Program-made: the position numbers and the translations under genes
Source of the DNA: Oscillospiraceae bacterium
GTDB taxonomy: Bacteria > Bacillota > Clostridia > Oscillospirales > CAG-272
Length of the DNA: 64,000 bases
Direction: 5' to 3'
Assembly (NCBI GenBank): GCA_015065285.1
Contig: SVQP01000005.1
Span: 9,794 to 73,793 of the forward strand
Notes under the pieces: generated by a model
Seen by the model: the letters and a program-made list of their open reading frames with translations, nothing else
Told to the model about the DNA's origin: nothing
Databases searched by the model: none
In this document: positions 35,352 through 44,095 of the stretch, in pieces
Layout of the letters: every line of letters starts with the position of its first letter
Numbering within the stretch: the first letter of the stretch is position 1

Positions 35352-35513
35352 TTTACAAATAAGCTTCACCGGATTGTGCATATTGACGAAAAAATATTGA
35401 CTGGGTTGTCAAAAATTCCTATAGAATGACGCTTGATTTTCACGGGTTCATTTGTTATACTTATAATAGTTAAAACTATCATTGTGACTATTAATAGGAA
35501 ACAGGAGAAATAT

Positions 35514-35777
35514 ATGAAGTCTTGTCAAGTTGTTATCACCAACGCAAGCGGTTTGCATGCCAGACCCGCTACGTTCTTTATTCAGAAGGCGAATAGCTAC
35601 AGATGCTCTATCTGGGTAGAGAAGGATGAGCGTAAGGTCAATGCAAAGAGCCTTTTGGGCGTTTTGTCCTTGGGAATTGCAAAAGGAATGTCGGTTACGC
35701 TGAGTGCGGACGGACAGGATGAAGAGCTTGCACTGCAGGGCTTGCAGGCATTGATCGAATCCGGTTTTTCCGAATAA
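35514..35777 (+). CDS. ptsH: HPr phosphocarrier protein
   Basis: 87 aa with GLHARPA (His15 site) and KSLLGVLSLG (Ser46 site). AGGAGA RBS. Confidence 0.85.
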   Translation: MKSCQVVITNASGLHARPATFFIQKANSYRCSIWVEKDERKVNAKSLLGVLSLGIAKGMSVTLSADGQDEELALQGLQALIESGFSE

Positions 35778-35793
35778 GCTTGAGCGCTTGTAT

Positions 35794-35842
35794 GAAAACG
35801 GTGTGGAGGACACGTAAAACACATGTCCCGCACCGTTTTTTG
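35794..35842 (+). terminator. Intrinsic terminator after ptsH
   Basis: A long hairpin, GAAAACGGTG ... GCACCGTTTT, followed by T-run. Confidence 0.7.
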
Positions 35843-35866
35843 CCATTTTGAAGGGAGGAGAGAGCG

Positions 35867-37705
35867 ATGTCCGACAATCAGGATAGAATGCAGCGATTGC
35901 TGGACAGAGCAAACTCGCTGCCTATAACACCCGGCGTGTATATCATGAAGGATGCTGCGGGAAAGGTGATTTACGTGGGCAAATCCCGTAAGCTCAAAAA
36001 CCGCGTATCCCAGTATTTTCAGAACAGTGAAAAAAGCACCAAAACTGCGCGCATGGTAGAGCGCGTGCACAGCTTTGATTATATTCTGTGCGAGACCGAG
36101 ATCGAGGCGCTATCGCTTGAGAATACGCTGATCAAGCAGTATACACCAAAATATAATATCCGACTCAAGGATGCAAAGTCCTATCCGTACATTAAGATCA
36201 CAGATGAGACGTATCCGCGTGTGGTCATGACGCGCAAGCGAGACGCGGATAAGGGCAAATATTTCGGGCCCTATTCGGGCGTTTCCACGGTGTATGCCGT
36301 GATCGGTTCGCTGCAAAAGGCACTGCAGCTGCCTTCCTGTAAGCGCAAATTCCCGGAGCAGATCGGTAAGGAGCGTCCTTGCTTATACTATCAGATCAAG
36401 CAATGCTGCGGTGTTTGCACGGGCAAGGTCACCCCCGAGGAGTATGCGGAGAAGATCCACACGGCGCAGGAGCTTTTGCGCGGCAATACTGCGGCTGAGA
36501 AGAGAAGACTGACCGAGCGCATGATGGCGCTTGCCGAGCAGGAAAGATATGAGGCGGCAGCCGTTTGCCGCGACACCATTGCAGCGCTGGATCGCCTTGC
36601 TCAAAAGCAAAGCGTGGTGGGCGCGCCGGATGACGAATACGACGTATTCGGACTTTACGACGACGGTGTTACAAGCGCACTTTCGGTCTTTTTCGTGCGT
36701 GGCGGTGTTTGCACCGACAAGCAGGATTATTTGTTTGACAAAGAGAATATTACGGACAAGGATTCGCTTTTGTCGTTCATTTGTGATTTGTATCGCGGCA
36801 GATCGGATATTCCGCGCCTGATTCTGATCTCGTTTAACCCCGAGGAGGAGGACAGGCAAACGGCTGCCGAATTTTTGGGCGGACTTGCGGGGCGACGCGT
36901 GGAGATCCGCACCCCCGAGCGCGGTGTGCTGCGCGCCTTGTGCGAGACAGTGACTGCAAACGCCAAGGAGGTGGCGGACAAGAGCGCGACGCGAGAGAGC
37001 CGCCGGGAGGGCGTATTGCTGCGACTGGCGCACCTGTTGGAGCTGGAGAGCTATCCTTCTCGCATTGAATCCTACGATATTTCCAACCTTGGCAAGGAGC
37101 ACCTGACTGCAGGTATGATCGTAACCAAGGACGGCAGCTTTTCCAAGCGGGATTATCGCTCGTTCAAGATCAAGAGCGTGCAGGGAACAGACGACTATGC
37201 CAGCATGCGCGAGGCACTGGCGCGCAGATTTGCGCACCTGAATGATGCCGAGGGCAGCTTTGCCGAATACCCCGATCTGATTTTACTGGACGGTGGTAAG
37301 GGGCATGTGGGCGTGGTTCGCGAGCTGGCACGGGAAATGGGCGTGGACGTGCCGATCTATGGCATGGTCAAGGACGACTTTCATAAAACGCGTGCACTTT
37401 GCACCGATCAGGATGAGATCAGTATTGCAAAGGAAAACGCGGTATTTCAGTTTATTTACGGCATTCAGGAGGAGGTGCACCGTTATTCGGTGGGCACCAT
37501 GAAAAAAGCCAAGAGCAAGACCTTGGTGACCTCCAGCCTGACAAAGATCCCGGGCATCGGACCTGCCAAGGCAGCGGCACTGCTCAAAATGCCGGGCGGA
37601 TTGCAGGCAGTTAAGCGCGCTTCACGCCAGGAGCTGATGGCGATCAAGGGGATCGGGGAAAAGGATGCCGATGCCATCATTCAACATTTCAAGGAAAAGA
37701 GATAA
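35867..37705 (+). CDS. uvrC: Excinuclease ABC subunit C
   Basis: GIY-YIG N-terminus (GVYIMKDAAGKVIYVGKS), UVR domain, RNase-H-like endonuclease domain and a C-terminal (HhH)2. Confidence 0.95.
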   Translation: MSDNQDRMQRLLDRANSLPITPGVYIMKDAAGKVIYVGKSRKLKNRVSQYFQNSEKSTKTARMVERVHSFDYILCETEIEALSLENTLIKQYTPKYNIRLKDAKSYPYIKITDETYPRVVMTRKRDADKGKYFGPYSGVSTVYAVIGSLQKALQLPSCKRKFPEQIGKERPCLYYQIKQCCGVCTGKVTPEEYAEKIHTAQELLRGNTAAEKRRLTERMMALAEQERYEAAAVCRDTIAALDRLAQKQSVVGAPDDEYDVFGLYDDGVTSALSVFFVRGGVCTDKQDYLFDKENITDKDSLLSFICDLYRGRSDIPRLILISFNPEEEDRQTAAEFLGGLAGRRVEIRTPERGVLRALCETVTANAKEVADKSATRESRREGVLLRLAHLLELESYPSRIESYDISNLGKEHLTAGMIVTKDGSFSKRDYRSFKIKSVQGTDDYASMREALARRFAHLNDAEGSFAEYPDLILLDGGKGHVGVVRELAREMGVDVPIYGMVKDDFHKTRALCTDQDEISIAKENAVFQFIYGIQEEVHRYSVGTMKKAKSKTLVTSSLTKIPGIGPAKAAALLKMPGGLQAVKRASRQELMAIKGIGEKDADAIIQHFKEKR

Positions 37706-37711
37706 AGAGCT

Positions 37712-38290
37712 ATGATGAGAATTATTACGGGAAAAGCCAGAGGCTGCAAGCTGTATACGTTGGAGGGCACGGATACGCGCCCGACCACCGAGAGAGTCAA
37801 GCAGGCGGTATTTTCCATGATTCAATTTGATATAGAGGGCAGAGACGTGCTGGATCTGTTCGGCGGCTCGGGTCAGATGGGACTTGAGGCAGTCTCTCGC
37901 GGTGCGCGCCACGCAATCATTGTGGATAAATCCAAGCCTGCCGTGGACGTCATCTACAAAAACATGCTCAAGACCAAGCTGGCGCCCGATTGCTTTGTAG
38001 TCAAGTCGGACTATGCCGATTTTCTTAAGAGCAGACAGGGCAGAGAGCAATACGACATTGTATTTCTCGATCCCCCTTACGCATCGGATGCGCTTTCCGA
38101 ATCGCTGCTTTTGCTGCTGCGCTACGACCTTCTCAAGCCGGGCGCACGCGTGATCTGCGAATCGGGTGACGAGAATATCTGGGGCAAGCATTTTTCGCTG
38201 TGCGATCGTTATACCGTAGTGGGCAAAACGCACCACGCATCCTCCTTTATCACGGTGCTCACGCCCGTGCAGAAAGAGGAAGAGGCATGA
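37712..38290 (+). CDS. rsmD: 16S rRNA (guanine966-N2)-methyltransferase
   Basis: RIITGKARG...RPTTERVKQAVFSMI and DPPY motifs. Confidence 0.85.
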   Translation: MMRIITGKARGCKLYTLEGTDTRPTTERVKQAVFSMIQFDIEGRDVLDLFGGSGQMGLEAVSRGARHAIIVDKSKPAVDVIYKNMLKTKLAPDCFVVKSDYADFLKSRQGREQYDIVFLDPPYASDALSESLLLLLRYDLLKPGARVICESGDENIWGKHFSLCDRYTVVGKTHHASSFITVLTPVQKEEEA

Positions 38291-38802
38291 GCCGCGCCCT
38301 GATTCCGGGCAGCTTTGACCCCATGACACTGGGGCACAGACAGGTCATAGCGGCAGCTGCCGAGATTTTTGACGAGGTGATCGTGGTGGTCATGAACAAC
38401 GACATGACCAAATACGTCAAGGATGCCAAGGTCAAGGAGTATCTGTTTGATACCGAGCAGCGCGTGGAGATTGCGCGCCTGACCTGCGAGGGAATCCCCG
38501 GCGTGCAGGTGATTACCAAGGGCGGCTTGCTGATCGATGCGTTTGATCAGCTGGGCGCAGACGTGATCGTCAAGGGCGTACGCAACGAATCTGACTTTGC
38601 CTATGAGCAAATTCATGCCGCGTGGAATCTTGCGCATAATCCGCGCGCAAAAACCATGTATTTGCCGTCCGATCCCGCCTATGCACACATAAGCTCCACG
38701 CTGGCAAGAGAGCGTATACAAAAGGGAGAGTCTCTTGAAGGAGTTCTTGCAGAGCGTGTCATTCAAAAAATTGAAAGTAACCGAAAGATAACGGACCTTT
38801 GA
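38287..38802 (+). CDS. coaD: Phosphopantetheine adenylyltransferase
   Basis: PGSFDPMTLGH and ISSTLARE motifs. The start overlaps the rsmD stop (ATGA). Confidence 0.9.
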   Translation: MSRALIPGSFDPMTLGHRQVIAAAAEIFDEVIVVVMNNDMTKYVKDAKVKEYLFDTEQRVEIARLTCEGIPGVQVITKGGLLIDAFDQLGADVIVKGVRNESDFAYEQIHAAWNLAHNPRAKTMYLPSDPAYAHISSTLARERIQKGESLEGVLAERVIQKIESNRKITDL

Positions 38803-38869
38803 TAAATATCTCCTGATGTTGAAACAGCTCGGACACTTTTGTCAGGGCTTTATGAAGAGGGGAATTGTA

Positions 38870-39697
38870 ATGAATAAATCGACAATTATCTCATCCGCGA
38901 TACTCACAATGATCCTTTTGCTTGTCTTGGGGACTATCATGTTTTTCGGAGGCAGCCTCGCATATTTTTATGTCTATGGTGTGATGGATCTGGTTTATGA
39001 TGTGTTGCTTGTCCTGATTGGCATTGTGCTTGTCATATCGGTGATTCCGCTTTTGATCTCAAGCTTTATTCAATTTCAAAAAAGCGACAAAGGGAAGGCG
39101 GATATGATTCTTTCGGTAATCGTTGTGCTGATCGGGATTGTCTTTGTCTGTTTCGGGATAGTATCAGAGCTGCTCATGATGTTCAGTAAGCAAATGGTGA
39201 ACGTATTTCTGGAACTCAAGCTGAGGTTGTCGGGTGAGAGTGTAAGCATTGATGATAAATGGTATATGGTGGAGCAGGTTATTCGGTTTCCGCGCCATAT
39301 CCGTTGGTTATTGACACTTCCCGCATCGCTCTATCTGATGATTGCACCTGTACTTCGCATGACCTTTACCAAGGACAGGGGATTGCAGTACCGCGTGGAA
39401 ATATGCAAGCCGTTTCTTGGTCTGCTTGTTTTGATCATGACTGTTTTGGGCGCTGTGATCGACCTTGTCGGCCGCCCGGTTGCCGTTGTCATTGAAGTGC
39501 TCGCGGTTGTGGTTGTTGTTTTTGCAATCGTGCAGTTGATCGTTGGGCTTGTGGGGCTATCCAAAGCAATCAGGCGACGGGCAGAGCGAGCCGAGCAAGC
39601 AAAGCAAGCCACGCTCGCGCGGCAAGAAGCGCAGCTGTCAGAAGATTGGCTCATGGATCTGCCCGCAGGCGTGAGCGCAGAGGATTTTTATAAGTAA
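38870..39697 (+). CDS. Polytopic membrane protein, paralog 1 of 4 (unknown family)
   Basis: 275 aa. Aligns by eye with the genes at 40600 and 41455. Ends in DLPAGVSAEDFYK. AT-rich codon usage. Confidence 0.6.
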   Translation: MNKSTIISSAILTMILLLVLGTIMFFGGSLAYFYVYGVMDLVYDVLLVLIGIVLVISVIPLLISSFIQFQKSDKGKADMILSVIVVLIGIVFVCFGIVSELLMMFSKQMVNVFLELKLRLSGESVSIDDKWYMVEQVIRFPRHIRWLLTLPASLYLMIAPVLRMTFTKDRGLQYRVEICKPFLGLLVLIMTVLGAVIDLVGRPVAVVIEVLAVVVVVFAIVQLIVGLVGLSKAIRRRAERAEQAKQATLARQEAQLSEDWLMDLPAGVSAEDFYK

Positions 39698-39732
39698 CAT
39701 AAAGAATTATAATATCAGAAAGGAACAAAACC

Positions 39733-40581
39733 ATGAATCGCGCAACAATCAGAATTTCCGCAATTCTCAGCTCGCTGATGTTTTTCGCCTATGCGATTGC
39801 TTCTTTGTTGAATCAGTTGATCCCGCATATCCTCAATTTCTTAATCGATGAATTTGGCATGCGCATCTCGGCACTCGTCAGAACGTTGCTTGTGTTGCCA
39901 AGCGGCATCTTTGTTCCGCTTGCCGTGCTGTTGCCCGCATGTGTGCTTTTGATCAACGGAATCGGTCAGATCAGAAAAAAGCAGGGCGTTCGTGCCTTGA
40001 TCTTTGCAATTCTGTCTGTACTGATTAGCGGTGCGTGGACAGTGCTTTGCTTGCTCGATACTATATTGAACGGAGTACATAATTACGTTATGTATGAGGT
40101 GCTCTGGCAATCGGGTGATGTGTTTGGCATGAGCATCGAGGATTGGTTCTCCTTTATGAGCGGAGCCAATTTGACGTATGTGATTCTGGTATTTTTGCTT
40201 GCACTTGCTCTTTTGCTGGTATTCTTGCTCAGCGTGCTGACTGCCAAGAAAAAGTGGTGGCAGATCAAAGCAGAGCTGCATAAGCTCTGTGTTTCATGCA
40301 TTGGTGCACTCCCTCTGCCGGTTTTGATTGTGCAATTTGTGATCAATCGCATCATGGCAAATGCCAGTATTGATGTATACATAGCATACTCAAACGTCAT
40401 GAATTATCTGATCCCGTCGCTTTATATCCTGTTGGCTCTGTTCTTTGGTGTGCTGATTCTGGCGCTTGGCGTCTTTATCAAGAAGGATCGCAAGCCGGTA
40501 CTGCAACAGCAGCCTGAGCCCGAGGACTTGCCTGAGCCCGAGGATCTGCCTGCGGGCGTTTACGAGGATCCCTTCGCGTAA
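39733..40581 (+). CDS. Polytopic membrane protein, paralog 2 of 4 (most divergent)
   Basis: 282 aa with the same size and topology. The tail has a duplicated PEPEDL (18-bp tandem at 40513-40548) then LPAGVYEDPFA. Confidence 0.55.
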   Translation: MNRATIRISAILSSLMFFAYAIASLLNQLIPHILNFLIDEFGMRISALVRTLLVLPSGIFVPLAVLLPACVLLINGIGQIRKKQGVRALIFAILSVLISGAWTVLCLLDTILNGVHNYVMYEVLWQSGDVFGMSIEDWFSFMSGANLTYVILVFLLALALLLVFLLSVLTAKKKWWQIKAELHKLCVSCIGALPLPVLIVQFVINRIMANASIDVYIAYSNVMNYLIPSLYILLALFFGVLILALGVFIKKDRKPVLQQQPEPEDLPEPEDLPAGVYEDPFA

Positions 40582-40599
40582 CGCGTCAAACGAGAGCTT

Positions 40600-41421
40600 A
40601 TGAATAAGATTACCGTAGTATTTACCGCGATCTTGGTACTGATTTGCTTTTTGGCATTGGGCACTGTACTGGTTTTTGGCGGTGGCTTGATCGTGTTTTA
40701 TACCTATGACGGCGGCGTTATGGATCTGCTTTATAACGTCATGCTGTCCTTGATCGGTGTGACACTTGCGCTGGCAGTTGTTCCACAGCTGATCTTGAGC
40801 TTTGTGCAGATGCTCAGACGGCGAGGAGGAAAAGCGGATTTCCTGTTTTCCCTTGGGTATGTGGCAGTCGGTGCTTTGCTTGTTTGCTTCACGATTGGCA
40901 CACTGATCATTCTGATATCGGGCGGTCGCGTGTTCGATCAGATCTGGGAAGCCTTGTATGATATGGGTACACCGATGGATTCGGATACGTATAATATGCT
41001 CCTTGAAAGATTTGAGCAGCTGATGCGCCTGCCGCGTATCGTCATTGTGCCGCTGTCGCTTTATCTGATCATAGCGCCCGTGATCCGCACGTTTCGCTCA
41101 GAGCAAAAGGCACTGCTGTATCGCGTGGAGCTGTACAAGGCATTGCTTGGCGCACTGATGCTGTTTCTGACTGCGTTTGCTGCAGTAATCCGATATATGG
41201 AGGACGATTTCGCAGGCATCATCATAGAAGTCTTGGGTTGCATCGTGGGTGTGCTTGCCATTGCGTATTTCATCGCGGCACTGGCAGGGCTTTCCAAGGC
41301 GATCAAGCGGCAAAAAGAGAAGCGCAACAGGGAAGCAGCGCCCGAGCCGCAGCAGGATGAGCTGCCGGGCGATTTGCCCTTTGACCTGCCCGCAGGCGTG
41401 AGCGCGCAGGATTTTCAATAG
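40600..41421 (+). CDS. Polytopic membrane protein, paralog 3 of 4
   Basis: 273 aa. The last TM ends in ALAGLSKAIK. The tail ends in DLPAGVSAQDFQ. Confidence 0.6.
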   Translation: MNKITVVFTAILVLICFLALGTVLVFGGGLIVFYTYDGGVMDLLYNVMLSLIGVTLALAVVPQLILSFVQMLRRRGGKADFLFSLGYVAVGALLVCFTIGTLIILISGGRVFDQIWEALYDMGTPMDSDTYNMLLERFEQLMRLPRIVIVPLSLYLIIAPVIRTFRSEQKALLYRVELYKALLGALMLFLTAFAAVIRYMEDDFAGIIIEVLGCIVGVLAIAYFIAALAGLSKAIKRQKEKRNREAAPEPQQDELPGDLPFDLPAGVSAQDFQ

Positions 41422-41454
41422 TTTCCAAAAATTATTACATAAAAGGAGTTTGTT

Positions 41455-42282
41455 ATGAACAAAAAAGTTGTCATTTCCAACATTATCATCTCGGTTCTGA
41501 TCAATTTGCTGTTCGGTGCTTTGCTGATCGGCTTTGGCATTGTTGTCTGCATTTTCCCCGAAGTATTCGGTGTGATGCTCAATGCAGCATTTGCGCTGAT
41601 CGGTATTTCGCTGGTTCTGACCTCCATCCCCAACCTGATTGGCGGCATTGTCAGCATCAAGCAAAAGAAGGGCAAATTTGATCTGGTATTCTCGATTATC
41701 ACCATTGTGGTCGGTGTGATCCTGGCTATTTACGGTGTCATCGCAGCACTGATCAACTTCGGTGTTAACTTCCTCTCCATGCCCCTCATCATTAACCAGG
41801 CAATGGTCGTTTTGCGCTGGGTTCTGTGCGGACTGATTGCGCTGTACCTGATCGTGCTGCCCATCATTCGCATTGTCAAGGCAGAGAAGAAGGCACTGCA
41901 GTTCAAGGCGGAGCTGATCAAGATGATTCTCGGCGTTCTGCTGGTGGTACTGTTGATCTGCGGTGTACTGGGCACTGTTCTGCAGCATCTGATCGGTATT
42001 ACGCTGATCGTTGCAGGTGCGCTGACCGTGATCCTTGCTATCATCAACCTGATCGTTGGTTTGGTTGGCATTTCCAAGGCAGCCAAGGATCCCGTTGCGG
42101 TGGCAGTTGCTGTTGATACCGACGGTGATGGCAAGGCAGATGCAATTGTGATCGACACCGATGGCGATGGCAAGGCAGATGCGGTTGGTGTTGACGTTGA
42201 CGGTGACGGCACTGTGGACGTTGTTGGTGTGGATACCGATGGCGACGGTAAGGTTGACGCAGTGGCAGCCAAGGACGAATAA
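41455..42282 (+). CDS. Polytopic membrane protein, paralog 4 of 4, with a DxDGDG-repeat tail
   Basis: 275 aa. GLVGISKAAK follows the last TM. The tail has four 13-aa D(T/V)DGDGxxDxxxx repeats. Codon usage is host-like, and the gene has its own terminator. Confidence 0.65.
   Translation: MNKKVVISNIIISVLINLLFGALLIGFGIVVCIFPEVFGVMLNAAFALIGISLVLTSIPNLIGGIVSIKQKKGKFDLVFSIITIVVGVILAIYGVIAALINFGVNFLSMPLIINQAMVVLRWVLCGLIALYLIVLPIIRIVKAEKKALQFKAELIKMILGVLLVVLLICGVLGTVLQHLIGITLIVAGALTVILAIINLIVGLVGISKAAKDPVAVAVAVDTDGDGKADAIVIDTDGDGKADAVGVDVDGDGTVDVVGVDTDGDGKVDAVAAKDE
42115..42270 (+). repeat. Four 39-bp in-frame tandem repeats encoding DxDGDG calcium-binding-like units
   Basis: GATACCGACGGTGATGGCAAGGCAGATGCA... 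repeated with third-position drift; read directly. Confidence 0.85.
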
Positions 42283-42304
42283 TTCCAAAAAACCCATATA
42301 GTAT

Positions 42305-42353
42305 AAGGCGTTTTGCTACTGTTCAAGCAGGGGCAAAACGCCTTTGATTTTTT
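42305..42353 (+). terminator. Intrinsic terminator after the paralog array
   Basis: AAGGCGTTTTGC, loop, GCAAAACGCCTT, followed by TGATTTTTT. Confidence 0.85.
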
Positions 42354-42570
42354 GTTTTTTGACTTTGTAATGCTAAAGTAAATGAACGAACAATGAATAT
42401 ATGAGGTGGCATGACAACAAAAAAGAACCTTTTTGGCTGCTGCTATACTTGATCTGTACGAAAAAAACTATGCAAATCATGAAAATTGCTACGCAAAAAC
42501 CTTAAGAATCGACAAGGGGCGGATGCTATAATGGAAGCGTTATTGCAAATTTTTCATTGGAGGGACAGCC

Positions 42571-42837
42571 ATGACAGAGCAAAAAACGGATATGCAGGTG
42601 TGCTATGCGCGGTATTTTGCAGGCGCGCACAGAATTGAGGCGGAGCTGTTGGCGCAACCTGATGGGATGGGTGTGCGTTATCATCTTTCGCTTTTTGAAG
42701 AGAGTGAGCGCGTGACGTGCGATCTTGGCACGCACGAGGATGCGGCAAAGCAGCTGTTTTTGCGCGTGGTATATGGCGGTGTGAGCCCCTGCACGCTGCA
42801 CGACGTGGTGGAAGACTATATGGGGACGCTTTTTTGA
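42571..42837 (+). CDS. Hypothetical small protein (88 aa)
   Basis: GGAGGG RBS 7 nt upstream and an extended -10 (TGCTATAAT) about 45 nt upstream. I recognise no motif. Confidence 0.45.
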   Translation: MTEQKTDMQVCYARYFAGAHRIEAELLAQPDGMGVRYHLSLFEESERVTCDLGTHEDAAKQLFLRVVYGGVSPCTLHDVVEDYMGTLF

Positions 42838-42883
42838 TTGGGACGTGCTATGATATGTATGCAAAACCAAACAAGGAGGCTAT

Positions 42884-43798
42884 ATGGCGAATACATATCA
42901 AGCAAATAATTTTACAGGCAAACAGCTTGACGATTTTATGGGCAGGGTTTTGGATAAGAGCCTGGCAGGGCAAGGCTTGGTGATCGATGACCGGGGCGTA
43001 ATGCATGCAAGCAATCCAAATTACGGTAAGAAGATTTATTCGTATACCCATACCTCAAATCATGAGGTGCATCCCATAGGGGTGAATCTGGCAACCGGAG
43101 AGTTTACGGCACAAGCCCACGGACTGACCAACGGGACGGTGGTTGTTGCCGTGGTAAATGAACCATATCATGTAGGATATCCCTACAGGTATCTTCCCGG
43201 TGGCTTACTGTTGGGGCAAACCAACGGAAGCGGAAGAATTGCGCAGTATTACTACGTAAGTGTTGTGGATGAAAACACGTTTACACTGAGTACGACCAAT
43301 GGCGGCGCAACTGTTACTTTTACAGAGGTCAGCACCATGGATCTGAGCAAATTCCATTTTGAGGTGCACAAAAAAATGGAATTGGTCATCAAAGACCTCC
43401 CGAATCTGAAAGAACTGCTGGTTGTGATCAAGGGCAGGATGTCAATGGGCTACCGTTATTGTATGCCTTACGAAAGAGCAAGCGAATCCGGAAAGCTTGG
43501 CGTTATTGCCTTTGACTCAAGCACCTCGGCAGATCAGTGGGGAAGCTTGTGGCTGGGTAACACGGGAGGATGGAACAGTGCCTACATAGAGGTCGAGATG
43601 AAATTTATTGAGGAACGGCACGTGCTGGTCATCGCGGATCAGGATTATTTATCGTTCAAATCGAATAGCGAGATTCCCGTGGCATTTCACGTCAGGGGCT
43701 ATATGCATATCTATATGAACCGAGACGATATGACCAGAATCGGAATGGATGACGGTGCATTTATAAACGGAACAACGGTGGAGGTGTATTCGAAATGA
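42884..43798 (+). CDS. Phage tail-fibre-like protein (orphan)
   Basis: 304 aa, beta-rich and Gly/Thr/Asn-rich, with the N-terminus MANTYQANNFTGKQLDDF reminiscent of phage fibre N-termini. Followed by a chaperone-like gene with overlapping stop and start. Confidence 0.45.
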   Translation: MANTYQANNFTGKQLDDFMGRVLDKSLAGQGLVIDDRGVMHASNPNYGKKIYSYTHTSNHEVHPIGVNLATGEFTAQAHGLTNGTVVVAVVNEPYHVGYPYRYLPGGLLLGQTNGSGRIAQYYYVSVVDENTFTLSTTNGGATVTFTEVSTMDLSKFHFEVHKKMELVIKDLPNLKELLVVIKGRMSMGYRYCMPYERASESGKLGVIAFDSSTSADQWGSLWLGNTGGWNSAYIEVEMKFIEERHVLVIADQDYLSFKSNSEIPVAFHVRGYMHIYMNRDDMTRIGMDDGAFINGTTVEVYSK

Positions 43799-44058
43799 TC
43801 AAGGAAATCATAGTATGCGATGCTAAAACAAATACGGTCACGACCAAAGTGATTGAGGATAACACCCCCGAATACATTGATTACGCGTGGGAGATCAACG
43901 CGTGCAAGAAACGCTTGGCAGAGACCGACTACGTGGTCATCAAGATCGCGGAGGGAGCGGCAGAGTATGAGGAATACGCGGACGTGATTGCAGAGCGCCA
44001 AGCGCTGCGCGCAAGAATTTCCGAATGCACACAACGCTTGACACAAACCGATTCGTGA
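43795..44058 (+). CDS. Phage tail-fibre assembly chaperone-like / XkdW-like small protein
   Basis: 87 aa. The pattern LAETDYVVIKIAEG ... EYADVIAERQALRARI matches the L-x-ETDW ... YRQALRDI style of tail assembly chaperones. Confidence 0.45.
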   Translation: MIKEIIVCDAKTNTVTTKVIEDNTPEYIDYAWEINACKKRLAETDYVVIKIAEGAAEYEEYADVIAERQALRARISECTQRLTQTDS

Positions 44059-44095
44059 GATATAATATAAGTATCTCATGAAAGGCGGTTACTGT

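Noticed and set aside
41098-42297. 399-aa and 198-aa minus-strand ORFs opposite membrane paralogs 3 and 4.
   Set aside because: They are low-complexity (Asp/Asn/Gln/His-rich) mirror images of TM-helix coding sequence. The sense genes have RBSs, paralogy and a terminator.
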